The notes: generated by a model not told the origin, from the letters alone. DNA of 64,000 nt from Azolla caroliniana (GCA_043228905.1 JBHGNT010000022.1:1178001-1242000), one strand, 5' to 3'; numbered from the stretch's first letter, positions 24,336 to 35,288 are shown. Numbers and translations: made by a program.

Positions 24336-24630
24336 TGTCATGATATGGCAAGACTCGAACCCATGACCTTAGGTTATATGGGTCGAGCTCTTGACCATTA
24401 GAACATCTATTGTAATACGTAGGATATTATTTTCATTTACATTTTATTATAGGAAATTAGTGTATATTCCAGATTTCTCTGGAACATTCTAGAAGCTTCA
24501 GGATTACTCCTGAAAACACTATAAAAGAGGGCACTAGGCATTATGTTGAACCAAATTGGTTCAACGCCAGTCTTAAGCCTTTTAGCCACCGTTGTATATT
24601 CTCTTCATATAATAAATATCTTTCTTATCA

Positions 24631-24687
<57 letters not shown>

Positions 24688-24793
24688 GTCTCGCTCACTT
24701 CTTCCTTCTCTCGAAGAAGTTCCACACCTCTCATAGTACTAATCCTTCGTTCAATACTAATTCCTTCTCTGTCTCAGTATTGTTCATGACAGT

Positions 24794-24805
24794 TTGAACC
24801 AATTT
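24794..24805 (+). promoter_or_regulatory. Non-tRNA primer-binding site, complementary to LTR 24553-24564 (predicted transcript 5' end)
   Basis: TTGAACCAATTT is the reverse complement of AAATTGGTTCAA, which lies 33 nt after TATAAAAG (24520). Confidence 0.8.
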
Positions 24806-24864
24806 TCCTACCTTCTGTCTCTCTCATTTCCTACTAATCTTTTATTCCTCTTTTCTTTCATCCC

Positions 24865-26016
24865 ATGGCCACTGTTAGCGCTGAAGAATATCACTCTGTT
24901 TTCTCGGAATTCCAATGCTTGAAGGAGAAGTTCCATGCTTTGGAACAAGAAAACCAACGGTTGCTGGGGGATCTTCAGCAAATCTCCTTAGAAAAGCAGC
25001 AAACGCAACAACAACATGGGGAACTTGCGTTACGCGTGCAACAACTCGAAGCCACCATCGTAGCGATGCAACAACATGGGCCCGGAACACAAGGGATTCA
25101 TAAAGAACCTAAGATTGGCCTTCCCACGAAGTTCGATGGAACGCGATCGCAGTTTAGAGGGTTCCTTAACCAGGTACGATTAGTTATTCAAATGCATCCT
25201 TCCCGATATCCCACCGATGCATCACGAGTGGGTTTAGTAGGCACTTTGTTAAGTGGCTCAGCGTTGTCATGGTTCGCTCCACTATTAGAAAAGGAATCTC
25301 CGTTACTCAACAATTTTGAAGAGTTTCTGGGTGAGTTTAAAGCATGTTTCGGAGATACTGACAGCATTAGGACCGCAATCAACAAAATCCGGCGATTACG
25401 CCAAGGTGACCGTCCAGCCTCCGCATACGCTGCAGATTTTCGCCTACTCGCCGCCGATATCCCTTGGGATGATCAAGCGTTGATGGAGCAATTCCGTTAT
25501 GGTTTACGCAACGACGTCAAGGATTTACTCTTGACCTTCCCCGAAGAGCCAAAGTCCTTAACAGAAGCAATCAGTCGCGCGGTGAGATATGACAACCGCC
25601 TCTTTGAGCGACGTTCGGAACGACAGCTACAGATGCCGAGGGCAAGATCAGAGCCCACCTACGCCTCAGTGGTAGCAAGACCTTTTCCGAGGGAGTCATA
25701 TAATGCGTCTCCAGCGAATACTCCGACTCCGATGGAGATTGACACTACACGTCGTCGAGGGCCGTTATCCGAAGAAGAAAAGCAGCGACGCCGTACAAAT
25801 CGACTATGTCTTTACTGCGGTGGACCAGGACATATCGCAATAAATTGCCCCCATAGGCCAAGAAGACAGGTAAACCAAATAGTCGCTAGTTCTAATTGTA
25901 CTAAATCCGAACCTATTTCAGTAGGGATATCTGATAGTCCTAATAGTACTAATATCCCAGATCTAGCAAACAAATTTGATGTCCTTAGTCAGTTAGAAGA
26001 AGAGTTAAACGACTAA
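24865..26016 (+). CDS. gag: Element G Gag, 383 aa (coiled coil, Ty3 capsid, CCHC knuckle)
   Basis: PTKFDGTRSQFRGF, LRQGDRPASAYAADF, PTPMEID, CLYCGGPGHIAINC. Confidence 0.95.
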   Translation: MATVSAEEYHSVFSEFQCLKEKFHALEQENQRLLGDLQQISLEKQQTQQQHGELALRVQQLEATIVAMQQHGPGTQGIHKEPKIGLPTKFDGTRSQFRGFLNQVRLVIQMHPSRYPTDASRVGLVGTLLSGSALSWFAPLLEKESPLLNNFEEFLGEFKACFGDTDSIRTAINKIRRLRQGDRPASAYAADFRLLAADIPWDDQALMEQFRYGLRNDVKDLLLTFPEEPKSLTEAISRAVRYDNRLFERRSERQLQMPRARSEPTYASVVARPFPRESYNASPANTPTPMEIDTTRRRGPLSEEEKQRRRTNRLCLYCGGPGHIAINCPHRPRRQVNQIVASSNCTKSEPISVGISDSPNSTNIPDLANKFDVLSQLEEELND

Positions 26017-26056
26017 GTCCAGCCAAAATAGGAGCCGTTTGGTTGGACAGCCCTAG
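26004..26056 (+). promoter_or_regulatory. Predicted -1 ribosomal frameshift signal between gag and pol
   Basis: G TTA AAC in the gag frame, 6-nt spacer, 11-bp stem (26017-26027 with 26038-26048); conserved in D. Confidence 0.7.
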
Positions 26057-26105
26057 ATCTGTGTAGCCCATTAGTGGTTCCATTCCCTCTAAGCAAGTTA
26101 GTGAT

Positions 26106-29100
26106 GTGTTCGTAGCCCAAGTAATAGTTAGTACTAAAAGTACCCCTCCAGTACATGTCCTAGCACTCCTAGATTCCGGAGCTAACTCTTGCTTTATGGA
26201 TAAGAAATTTGCTCAAGCTCATAAGATATCCCTAAGAAAACTCCAGTGTCCAGCCTCTGTAGTAGTCATTGATGGACGTCCTATTGCTTCCGGAAATATC
26301 CTAGAAGAGTCAGAGCCCATTAATATTGTCCTAGATAACTTAGTATGTGTAGTATCATTTAATATTATTAGTATCCCAGAACATCCTATAGTTTTAGGAC
26401 TACCGTGGTTCGAGTTACATAACCCTGACATAGATTGGAGAACAAGAGAAATCCGGTGTCGAAAAACCCAAGGGTCAACTCAGAAGATGGCAACCATTTC
26501 GCTACGTCAGTTGCGTAAAGAAGGGCACAAGGAGGAAATGTTCCTCTTTGCAATATCAGTAAACCCCTCCAACACCACTAAAGAAGAATCCACCGTTCAA
26601 CTTCCCGAGAAGTATCGCCATTACACCGATGTGTTCGATAAAGTACAAGCCAACACACTTCCTCATCATCGACCGTACGATTGCCCCATCGATTTACAAC
26701 CGGGAAAAGAGCCGCCATGGGGACCGATCTACAATTTGTCACCAACCGAGTTGGAAGTCCTTCGGGCCTATATAGAGGAGAATTTGGAAAATGGTTTCAT
26801 TCGGCATTCGAAATCTCCAGCCGGTGCGCCCATTTTCTTCGTCAAGAAAAAAGATGGATCGCTTCGTCTCGTTGTAGATTACTGTGGCTTGAATAAGGTT
26901 ACAATCAGGAATAGGTATGCTCTTCCCCTTATCTCAAGTCTTTTAGAACGGATCAATGGTGCCAGGTTCTTCACGAAGATCGACTTACGGGGAGCATATA
27001 ACCTCGTACGGATCCGACCAGGAGACGAATGGAAGACCGCGTTTCGCACCAGATATGGGCACTTCGAGTATACTGTCATGCCGTTCGGCCTCACTAATGC
27101 GCCGACAGTCTTCCAGCACATGGCTAATGATATATTCCGAGATCTATTGGATGATTGTTTGATCATCTATTTGGATGATCTACTGGTTTATTCAAAGACC
27201 CAAGAAGAACATGATTCTCATGTACTATTAGTACTAAAACGACTTCGAGAACATGGTCTGTATGCAAAGTTAGAAAAATGTAGTTTCGGGTGCAACCAAG
27301 TGGAATTTCTCGGCTACATCATTTCGTCAGAAGGCATCTCCATGGACCCAGCTAAGGTCAGAACGGTGGTAGAATGGCAGACTCCGCGTTCGGTACGGGA
27401 TGTGCAATGCTTCTTAGGCTTTGCCAATTTTTACCGGAAGTTCATACAGGATTACTCAAAGATCGTTCTACCTCTCACACAACTTACCAGGAAGGGACAA
27501 CCGTTCACCTGGTCTGAAGAAACGGACATGGCTTTCGAGAGTCTTAAAAAAGCATTTACATCGGCTCCAATTCTAGCTCATGTCGATCCGGAGAAACCAT
27601 TCATTATCGAAGCTGACGCATCGGATTTTGCATTGGGGAGCATTCTGTCACAACAGGGGAATGATGAAAAGCTACATCCTGTGGCTTTTCACTCACGCAA
27701 GTTTGATGCCGCCGAAATCAACTACGAAATCCATGATAAGGAGCTATTGGCAATAGTGGATTCTTTTATGCAATGGAGGCATTTTCTGGAGGGATCCTCT
27801 CATCCAGTCACCGTATTTAGTGACCACAAGAATCTTGCCTACTTTCAGGATGCCCGTGTGTTGAATCGACGTCAAGCTCGGTGGGCCCACTTCCTCACGC
27901 GTTTCGACTTCAAAATTACATATCGTCCGGGGAGGCACCAAGGGAAGGCAGATGCATTATCACGGCGTTCGTATCTAGCACCCCGTCCTGGCGAGCCAGC
28001 TTTCGATAACCAAAAACAAGTCATCTTGGGACCGGCACGATTACAAGCAACACAAATCTTTGACATGCCTATGGATTCCCGCGTTATCGATACCATACGT
28101 GAAGACTTGAAGACAGATGCGTTCGCCCAAGCTATACTAGCACAAATTGATCCCTCTCGAGCGTCGTGTTCACAGTCGCAACCACCAGGTACGGACTATC
28201 GGCAATTCAAATACCATGATGGATTACTCTTCTTTAAAGAACTTTTGTATGTTCCTAATGGTTCTTGCCACCTTCGAGTAGTACAAAACTGTCATGACAC
28301 ATATACAGCTGGGCATTTTGGTAGTACTAAAACATTACATTTAGTACAACGATCATTCTGGTGGCCCTGTATGCGACAATTTGTCGAGGATTTTGTTCGG
28401 ACTTGTGATACATGTTGCAGAGCGAAAATGCCAAGGCATCATCCATATGGTTTATTAGAACCATTATCAATTCCAAGCAAGCCGTGGCAATCCATTGCTC
28501 TAGACTTCATCACAGATCTTCCAGTCTCTAAGGGGTTCAATGCGATTCTAACGATGGTCGATCGATATACGAAGATGGCTCATTTCTTGCCATGTACTAA
28601 GGAGATCTCCAGTGAAGACACTGCCGAAATTGTCATGCGTGAAGTATGTCGGCATCATGGACTCCCCGATAGTATCATCAGCGACCGTGGACCCCAGTTC
28701 GTGTCAAAATTCTGGAAGCACCTTTTTAACATGCTCAAGGTCACTTGTAACCTCTCTTCCGGCTACCACCCACAAACTGACGGCCAAGCTGAACGAACAA
28801 ATCAAACGTTGGAGCAGTATCTGCGGTGCTTTCTCAGCTATCATCAGGACGACTGGACAGATATTCTCCACTTCGCCGAATTTGCCTATAACAACTCTAT
28901 CCACGGATCCACTAAAGTTACGCCATTTTATGCTTATACGGGATGTCACCCCCGGTGGAGTGTACTTGAAACCCCAGAGGTGTCCACAAATCCGTGCGCG
29001 GAGGATCGTTTGGAGCGGTTACGCAAGATACAAGCGGATTTATCTACTCATCTCCAGCAAGCTCAACAAACACACAAGGTCTACGCGGATCGTCATCGAC

Positions 29101-29600
29101 TTCCATCTAGTTTTAATATTGGAGATCGGGTGTGGTTGCTACGACGACACATCAAGACTACTCGCCCATGTGAGAAGTTGGATTATCGGCGATTAGGTCC
29201 TTTCCGTATTATTGGAAAGATTAATGATGTTGCTTTTCGTCTCGATCTACCTCCTCAACTTCGGATACATCCGGTGTTTCATAGTTCTCTCCTCGAACCC
29301 TACCACGAGAGCACCATCCCAGAACGTCTTATCCAACCTCCACCCCCGATCGAGCTTGAAGATGGGCCGGAGTACGAGGTTGCCGCCATTCTTGATTCCA
29401 AGATTGTTCGCAACAAGCTCTACTATCTAGTCGATTGGCTAGGCTATAGTCCCAGCGAACGTACTTGGGAACCGATCGAGAATGTAACCAATGCTCGTGC
29501 TCTTCTTGAAGACTTCCATCGTCAATATCCACACAAACCGAGTCCTCAATCCAAGACGACTCGTGACACTCGTCGTTTTAAAGGGGGGATAGTGTCATGA
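26106..29600 (+). CDS. pol: Element G Pol (PR, RT, RNase H, integrase, chromodomain); -1 frame relative to gag, preceded by an in-frame TAG at 26064
   Basis: LLDSGA, YLDD, DASD, HHCC, LDF/SDRG/AER, GPF, EYEVAAILD...TWEP. Confidence 0.95.
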   Translation: MFVAQVIVSTKSTPPVHVLALLDSGANSCFMDKKFAQAHKISLRKLQCPASVVVIDGRPIASGNILEESEPINIVLDNLVCVVSFNIISIPEHPIVLGLPWFELHNPDIDWRTREIRCRKTQGSTQKMATISLRQLRKEGHKEEMFLFAISVNPSNTTKEESTVQLPEKYRHYTDVFDKVQANTLPHHRPYDCPIDLQPGKEPPWGPIYNLSPTELEVLRAYIEENLENGFIRHSKSPAGAPIFFVKKKDGSLRLVVDYCGLNKVTIRNRYALPLISSLLERINGARFFTKIDLRGAYNLVRIRPGDEWKTAFRTRYGHFEYTVMPFGLTNAPTVFQHMANDIFRDLLDDCLIIYLDDLLVYSKTQEEHDSHVLLVLKRLREHGLYAKLEKCSFGCNQVEFLGYIISSEGISMDPAKVRTVVEWQTPRSVRDVQCFLGFANFYRKFIQDYSKIVLPLTQLTRKGQPFTWSEETDMAFESLKKAFTSAPILAHVDPEKPFIIEADASDFALGSILSQQGNDEKLHPVAFHSRKFDAAEINYEIHDKELLAIVDSFMQWRHFLEGSSHPVTVFSDHKNLAYFQDARVLNRRQARWAHFLTRFDFKITYRPGRHQGKADALSRRSYLAPRPGEPAFDNQKQVILGPARLQATQIFDMPMDSRVIDTIREDLKTDAFAQAILAQIDPSRASCSQSQPPGTDYRQFKYHDGLLFFKELLYVPNGSCHLRVVQNCHDTYTAGHFGSTKTLHLVQRSFWWPCMRQFVEDFVRTCDTCCRAKMPRHHPYGLLEPLSIPSKPWQSIALDFITDLPVSKGFNAILTMVDRYTKMAHFLPCTKEISSEDTAEIVMREVCRHHGLPDSIISDRGPQFVSKFWKHLFNMLKVTCNLSSGYHPQTDGQAERTNQTLEQYLRCFLSYHQDDWTDILHFAEFAYNNSIHGSTKVTPFYAYTGCHPRWSVLETPEVSTNPCAEDRLERLRKIQADLSTHLQQAQQTHKVYADRHRLPSSFNIGDRVWLLRRHIKTTRPCEKLDYRRLGPFRIIGKINDVAFRLDLPPQLRIHPVFHSSLLEPYHESTIPERLIQPPPPIELEDGPEYEVAAILDSKIVRNKLYYLVDWLGYSPSERTWEPIENVTNARALLEDFHRQYPHKPSPQSKTTRDTRRFKGGIVS

Positions 29601-29887
29601 TATGGCAAGACTCGAACCCATGACCTTAGGTTATATGGGTCGAGCTCTTGACCATTAGAACATCTATTGTAATACGTAGGATATTATTTTCATTTACATT
29701 TTATTATAGGAAATTAGTGTATATTCCAGATTTCTCTGGAACATTCTAGAAGCTTCAGGATTACTCCTGAAAACACTATAAAAGAGGGCACTAGGCATTA
29801 TGTTGAACCAAATTGGTTCAACGCCAGTCTTAAGCCTTTTAGCCACCGTTGTATATTCTCTTCATATAATAAATATCTTTCTTATCA

Positions 29888-29932
<45 letters not shown>

Positions 29933-30041
29933 GTCTCGCTCACTTCTTCCTTCTCTCGAAGAAGTTCCACACCTCTCATAGTACTAATCCTTCGTTCAGT
30001 ACTAATTCCTTCTCTGTCTCAGTACTGTTCATGACACCCGG

Positions 30042-30985
30042 TGGACGCGATCAAGGCAAGATTCGGATGCTTAAGAAGGCTCTAAACCGGACCTTCTCAA
30101 TGAAAGACTTGGGTTTAGCAAGACATATATTGGGAATGCACATCATCCAGGACCGGTTGAAGATGTTGTTAGGAGAAGTATGTGACAAAGGTGCTTCAAC
30201 AATTCAACATGTCGGAGGCAAAACCGGTCGGATCGACACTTTCGGCAAACTGCAAGCTATCCAGAAAACAAAGCCCAAGGACAAAGGCGGAGAAAACGGA
30301 TATGATGAAGATACCATATGCCTCTGCCATCGAAAGCTTGATGTATGCGATGCTATGTACCCAACCGGATATCGGATATGCAGTCGGAGTGGTGAGCCGG
30401 TTCATGAGCAATCCCGGAAGAGAGCACCGGAACGCGGTCAAGTGGATACTCTGGTATATGAAAGACACCTCAAGTATGTGCCTCCGGTTCGGCCCCGGTA
30501 ATCCCCAACTTGACAGATTCACATATTTGGATATGTCGGTTGATGCAGATACCAACCAGTCTACATCCGAATATGTCATGACTTATGCAGACGGAGTTGT
30601 ATCGTACCAGTTGAGGCTGCAGAAGACGGTTGCGTTGTCAACCACGGAGGCGGAGTACATGGCAGTTGTGGAAGCCGGCAATGAGATAATCTGGATGAAG
30701 GACTTCATTAGAGAGCTAGGGATCCAACAAGAGGAATACCGGCTCTACTGCGACAGTCAAAGTGCCATCCACCTTGCAGAGAACGCAGCCTACCATTCCC
30801 AGACGAAACATATCCAGCGAAGGTACCACTAGATCCGGGAGAGAGTAGAAGATCAAGAGTTCTTGTTGACGAAGATCCACACGAAGGAGAACGGGTCGAA
30901 TATGTTGACCAAGGTGTTGACAACCGACAAGCTGGACGCGTGCCGAAAGTAGATCGGGCTGGCGAGACATCCCATGCCAGAGTGA
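30042..30985 (+). pseudogene. Copia F RT C-terminus and RNase H
   Basis: FSMKDLG, IPYASAI, VALSTTEAEYMA, YCDSQSAIHLA, TKHI. Confidence 0.92.
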
Positions 30986-32390
30986 AGGGGGAGATTGTTG
31001 GGAAATCGGTCCCCCCGGATGGGATCCGGTTATGAATGAAGAGGACCCGGTGAGAACCGAAAGAGATCCGGAAACCGGATCGGATGGACCCAGTGAGAAC
31101 CGGAAGAGAAGACATATTTGTAAATATGTTTTGAGTAAGCCTATTGAGGCTATATTTGTAAATAGCCCTAAGTTCATATAAGTATAAATATGACTTAGGG
31201 CAATCAATTCAAAGATAGGTGTCATATTGTTGTATGTGTATAACTATTGTATAGAGAGTGATAGATAGAGAGGGAGAGGAGATACAGAACGATATTCTGT
31301 TGCAACCTCCGCTTGGTGAAGAAACAGAGCTCGAGGTCATTGCCTCCAAGTCTCTGATTGTACCTTTCTCGTATAGTGAAAGTTTGGAGTCTGTGGGCTC
31401 CCGTTGTTTTTCCCTATTAGGGTTTTCCACGTAAACATCCTGTGTACTTTCGTTTGGTGCACGAGTATTCATCTCTATTCCCATTTTTGTGTTTGATCCT
31501 TAAATGAAGTGATCTAAGACTCAGTTGTGGCCGAGCAGTATTCCGCGCTATTTCTTTACAGATGTCATTTGTGTTGGCTTGTTAGACTATGTTTGAAGTT
31601 GACTACAAATGGTGGTCGGATGCAGCCGACTAGCTCACCCGATATTGTTCTAGTCGGATTCGAACATGAGTCGAATTGATTCTACCAAAGAGGTTACAAT
31701 CGATTGACTTAGCCGAATTGGACACAAATGCGCCGATTAGCCGATCGGATTTTAAATGTCAATTTCAAGAAAATACCAATCACAGATTATATGCTAGTTA
31801 TCCAAGCCAATCCTGCTTCGAATGCCAACGACGATGAGAGGATCAACTAACTAGTGCTACCAAATGTTGTCTAGTCGAATGAAGCACAAATAGGGGTTGT
31901 TCCTAGGACAAGATCTACTTTGAGGGAATACGACAAGCAAATAGATTGTGTCTAACCTTGTAAAGCACAATCTCAAAGGCTGATTTGATGGAGATTCCAC
32001 TCTGAGTGGTTGCAATCACAAAAGCAAGGTACAACCAACTGGCTTACCTTAGTAGTGATCTAGCAAAGTAGATTGTGAATCTTCAATTTTCTTTCTCTCC
32101 TCTAGATGAGATCTCGAACTCAGGTTCTTCAAAGGAGACGAATCAGGAATGTTGTTGAAGACTGATGATGGTTGGCAACGAGTTGAATAACCTCTGCTCT
32201 AATACCAAATGTTGGCGATTGAGACCGTCAGTGCTAGGTTACAATGACAACAACATTAACAACTAGGTTACAAAGCCCATTATATACTAAATGGGCTAGG
32301 GCAACTACCCTTTGACAGAATTGTCCTAAATCTAGTTGGTCAAAGATACAATGTGAATACGGCCATTATAGACCAATATTTGACACCTTG

Positions 32391-33395
32391 TTCATTCACC
32401 CAAGTCGGATCGGACCGATTAGCATTTTGCTATGTGCCGATGATTTAGTCATCACCAGTGCCGACCTCGAAGAAATCGGCCATGTCAAGTCTTAACTAAC
32501 AACATCATTTGAGATGAAGGACCTGGGGGACCATCATTATTTCCTCAGGATCGAAGTGATCTGCAACCCCGAAGGCATATTGATCAGCCAACGTCATTAT
32601 GTGTTGAATATGTTGTTCAAGTTCAGGATGACGGATTGTAAATCCGTCTCAACTCCTTTGGATAGAAATATGAAGCTTCGCCCCAAATCCGAGAAGGCGT
32701 GCAACCCAACATGGTTCCGACAGATAGTCAGAAACCTTATTTTCTTGACCATCACTCGGCCATACCTCAACTATCCAGTTGGATTGATCAACCAATTCAT
32801 GTCGCAGCCGATGACCGAACACCTTCAATGCGCGCAACGGATATTGCGATATGTCAGCGGCACGAAGATAGGGCGTTGCTATATCGCGTAGGTGTAACCA
32901 AAAAACTTGTCGACTACACGGATGCCGACTAGGCCGGAAATGCCAACGATCATAGGTCAACATTTGGATTCACGTTTTCATTGAGAAGTCCTGCGATCGC
33001 TTGGAGTAGCAAGAAGGAGTCGATACTTGCACTATCGAGCACGGAGGCCAAATACATAGGAGTAGTTGTCACTACATGTGAAGCCATATGGCTCAAGCGG
33101 CTACTGAAGGATCTGTGGGTGGAGGTTCCCAATCCGATGATGATCTATTGTAACAACCTCAACAACATCTAGCTAGCTAAAAACCATGTCTTCCACGCCC
33201 GGACAAAGCACATTGAGGTGCACTATCATTTCGTCTGTGAGACAATCCTCTCCGGTGAAGTGGAACTTGTGTTTGTTCTTATTGATTGGCAAGTCACCGA
33301 TATTTTCACCAAACCTCTCGGCCTAGACAAGTTGCGGCAATTCTCGAGCATGCTTGGCATATATAGCCTCTTGAAATGCCAAACTTGAGAGGGAG
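32391..33395 (+). pseudogene. Copia A pol, part 2 (RT C-terminus, RNase H), ending in PPT-like TTGAGAGGGAG
   Basis: ADDLVIT, MKDLGDHHYFL, IAWSSKK, ALSSTEAKY, HARTKHIEVHYHFV, DIFTKPL. Confidence 0.9.
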
Positions 33396-33899
33396 TAGAG
33401 AGATGAAATCCGAAAGATGAATCGAGTGAAGAATTCGATTTCGAAACTACTGAAGAAGTCAGAACGTCCAGATCGGCTAGAGAAGCCGAGGATGTGTGGA
33501 TAAATGGAAGAATATTGGCTAAGTGGAGAGTAGCCAGATGCAGGGGGAGTGACCGAAAGAACGGAGCCGAGAAAGGAAAGGTAGGTGGCAGAGACAAGAA
33601 GGGCAGAGCTGACTTGAAGATAAAGGCCAAGACCAAGACATGGTCAATTGTGGTTAAGGGCCAAAAGGAGGATGAATTAGAGACAACCAATTCGGACAAG
33701 AGCGGGAACGAATCGAAGATAGCCGATTCGATCGAGAAGAGTGATTCAGAAGAACCAAATCACATTAATACCAAGCGGATAAGGAGGCATCCAAAGCCGA
33801 CGCCGATACGGAGGGCGCCAATGCCACAATAGCAAGGGAGCTGACAAGGGCTTGGGTAGCAGACAAGCCGACCAATATTAGGGTTTTGTTCAAATTAAC

Positions 33900-35288
33900 A
33901 AGTGTATTCATGAATGTACTAACTACGTGTTCAAGAGCTGCATAAGGATTTGTGTGTACTACATCCCCTCCACCAATATTAGGGTTTTGTTGTCTAGATC
34001 TACGAGAACGAAGTCCTTGATTTAATTGAGGTTGTACCACCCTTCCTAAAGAATCAAATTGTAATTAGTTGGACAATCTCTGATTTCGCACTTGTTTCTA
34101 CCAAGGATTTTTCTTAAACCCCTCCTTCAATCTCAAATTATCTTTTGGTAATGTCGTACCATAAGTATTTTTTTATTCCCTTTGTATGCCAACACCCTTC
34201 CCTTTTATCTTATGCTTCACTTGATGCCACTCTCCATCTTCAACATTTGGGCCATCATTATTACATACTCCATTCTCCTCCCCAACACCTCTAACATGAC
34301 CATGAACTTTAGGATCTCGCTCTAACCCATGAGATGTTCCCTCATCCATGACCATATCAACCATTGAGACAATATCCTTCTCAACATCTTCCTTATTTTT
34401 CCCTTTGACATTATTTTCTGGGGATAGTTCACTATGATATTGGCATTCAGCCATAAAATGCCCCAATTTACCACATTTAAAACAATGTCCTACAAAAGTT
34501 TCCCATTGAAGCTTAAAACGAAATCGACCAAATCGAGATGTATCGATACTCAACCATCCTGGAAGTTTACAACTTGTATCCCATAACATGAAAAATCTAC
34601 ATTTGTTCAACGAATTAACATGAGGAGCAACCAAAACTTTACCAATTTGGTACGTCAATCCTTGTAGAAAATCCCAAAAGAATGAGTTACTACAATCAAC
34701 GGTCACCCAAATTGGATATTGTTGTTTTAATAAATCTTTATAATCCACCATTGGAACCCATTCCATCACATGCACTAATCTTCTATCAAAAAAGATTGGT
34801 ACTTTTGCCATCAAAGTCGTATGGTGTTCTGACGATCGAAAAACTACATCACAGAAACCTCTTGGACCCACATACACACCCTCAACACAATTAGGCATTA
34901 TGAATGAATTCAACCACTGCTTAATCCATGATATCAAAGGAAGTTTGTTGGTGAAATACAAAATAACACCACGATCATAGAACCTGTCAAAAGTTGCTCA
35001 CATAGAGTTGGTCTCCATCACCACCTCAACATCTTCCTCCACGCAATCTTTAGCATCTTTCTCATTTTTTTCCATAAAATCGGAAAGGAAAGCCTTAACA
35101 AAATCACAACGAATGTTAATATCATAATCATCTCCAATAACATCTTTCCCACCAATAATAGTTGCATATGATGTTTTCTCATGTTTTGTAGAATCAATAC
35201 ACTTTTGCCTCTTGTAATTTTCATAACCATCATCACTACCACATCCATCAACAATCATCAACTCACTTCCTGTTGTTGTGTTAGCCAT
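33900..35288 (-). pseudogene. L1-type ORF1-like gene (DUF4283/RRM-like plus CCHC knuckle) with in-frame stops and no ORF2 behind it
   Basis: ORFs 34998-35288, 34173-34961 and 33765-34040 share one frame; GPRGFCDVVF, VMEWVP, PIWV, IGKVL, CFKCGKLGHFMAEC, GEWHQV, NPYAAL. Confidence 0.75.

Larger units (their letters stand above)
24336..30036 (+). mobile_element. Element G: near-intact Ty3/gypsy chromovirus (Tcn1-like); 5' LTR 24336-24791, 3' LTR 29593-30036
   Basis: TSD CCCGG at 24331-24335 and 30037-30041; LTRs differ by 2 substitutions plus (TC)n length; PPT AAAGGGGGGATAG. Confidence 0.97.
21846..31560 (+). mobile_element. Copia F (Tnt1/Tork-like), internally deleted; 5' LTR 21846-22495, 3' LTR 30996-31560
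   Basis: TSD GATGT at 21841-21845 and 31561-31565; PBS TGGTATCAGAGC at 22499-22510; PPT GAAGGGGGAGA at 30984-30994. Confidence 0.95.
4851..32385 (-). mobile_element. Copia C, degenerate but two-LTR, inserted in the RT of Copia A; 3' LTR 4851-5182, 5' LTR 32210-32385
   Basis: TSD CCTTG at 4846-4850 and 32386-32390; both LTRs TGTTGG...TTTGACA; iMet-type PBS TGGTATTAGAGC (minus, 32196-32207); PPT-like GGTGGAG next to 5183; Copia A RT resumes after the TSD. Confidence 0.92.
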
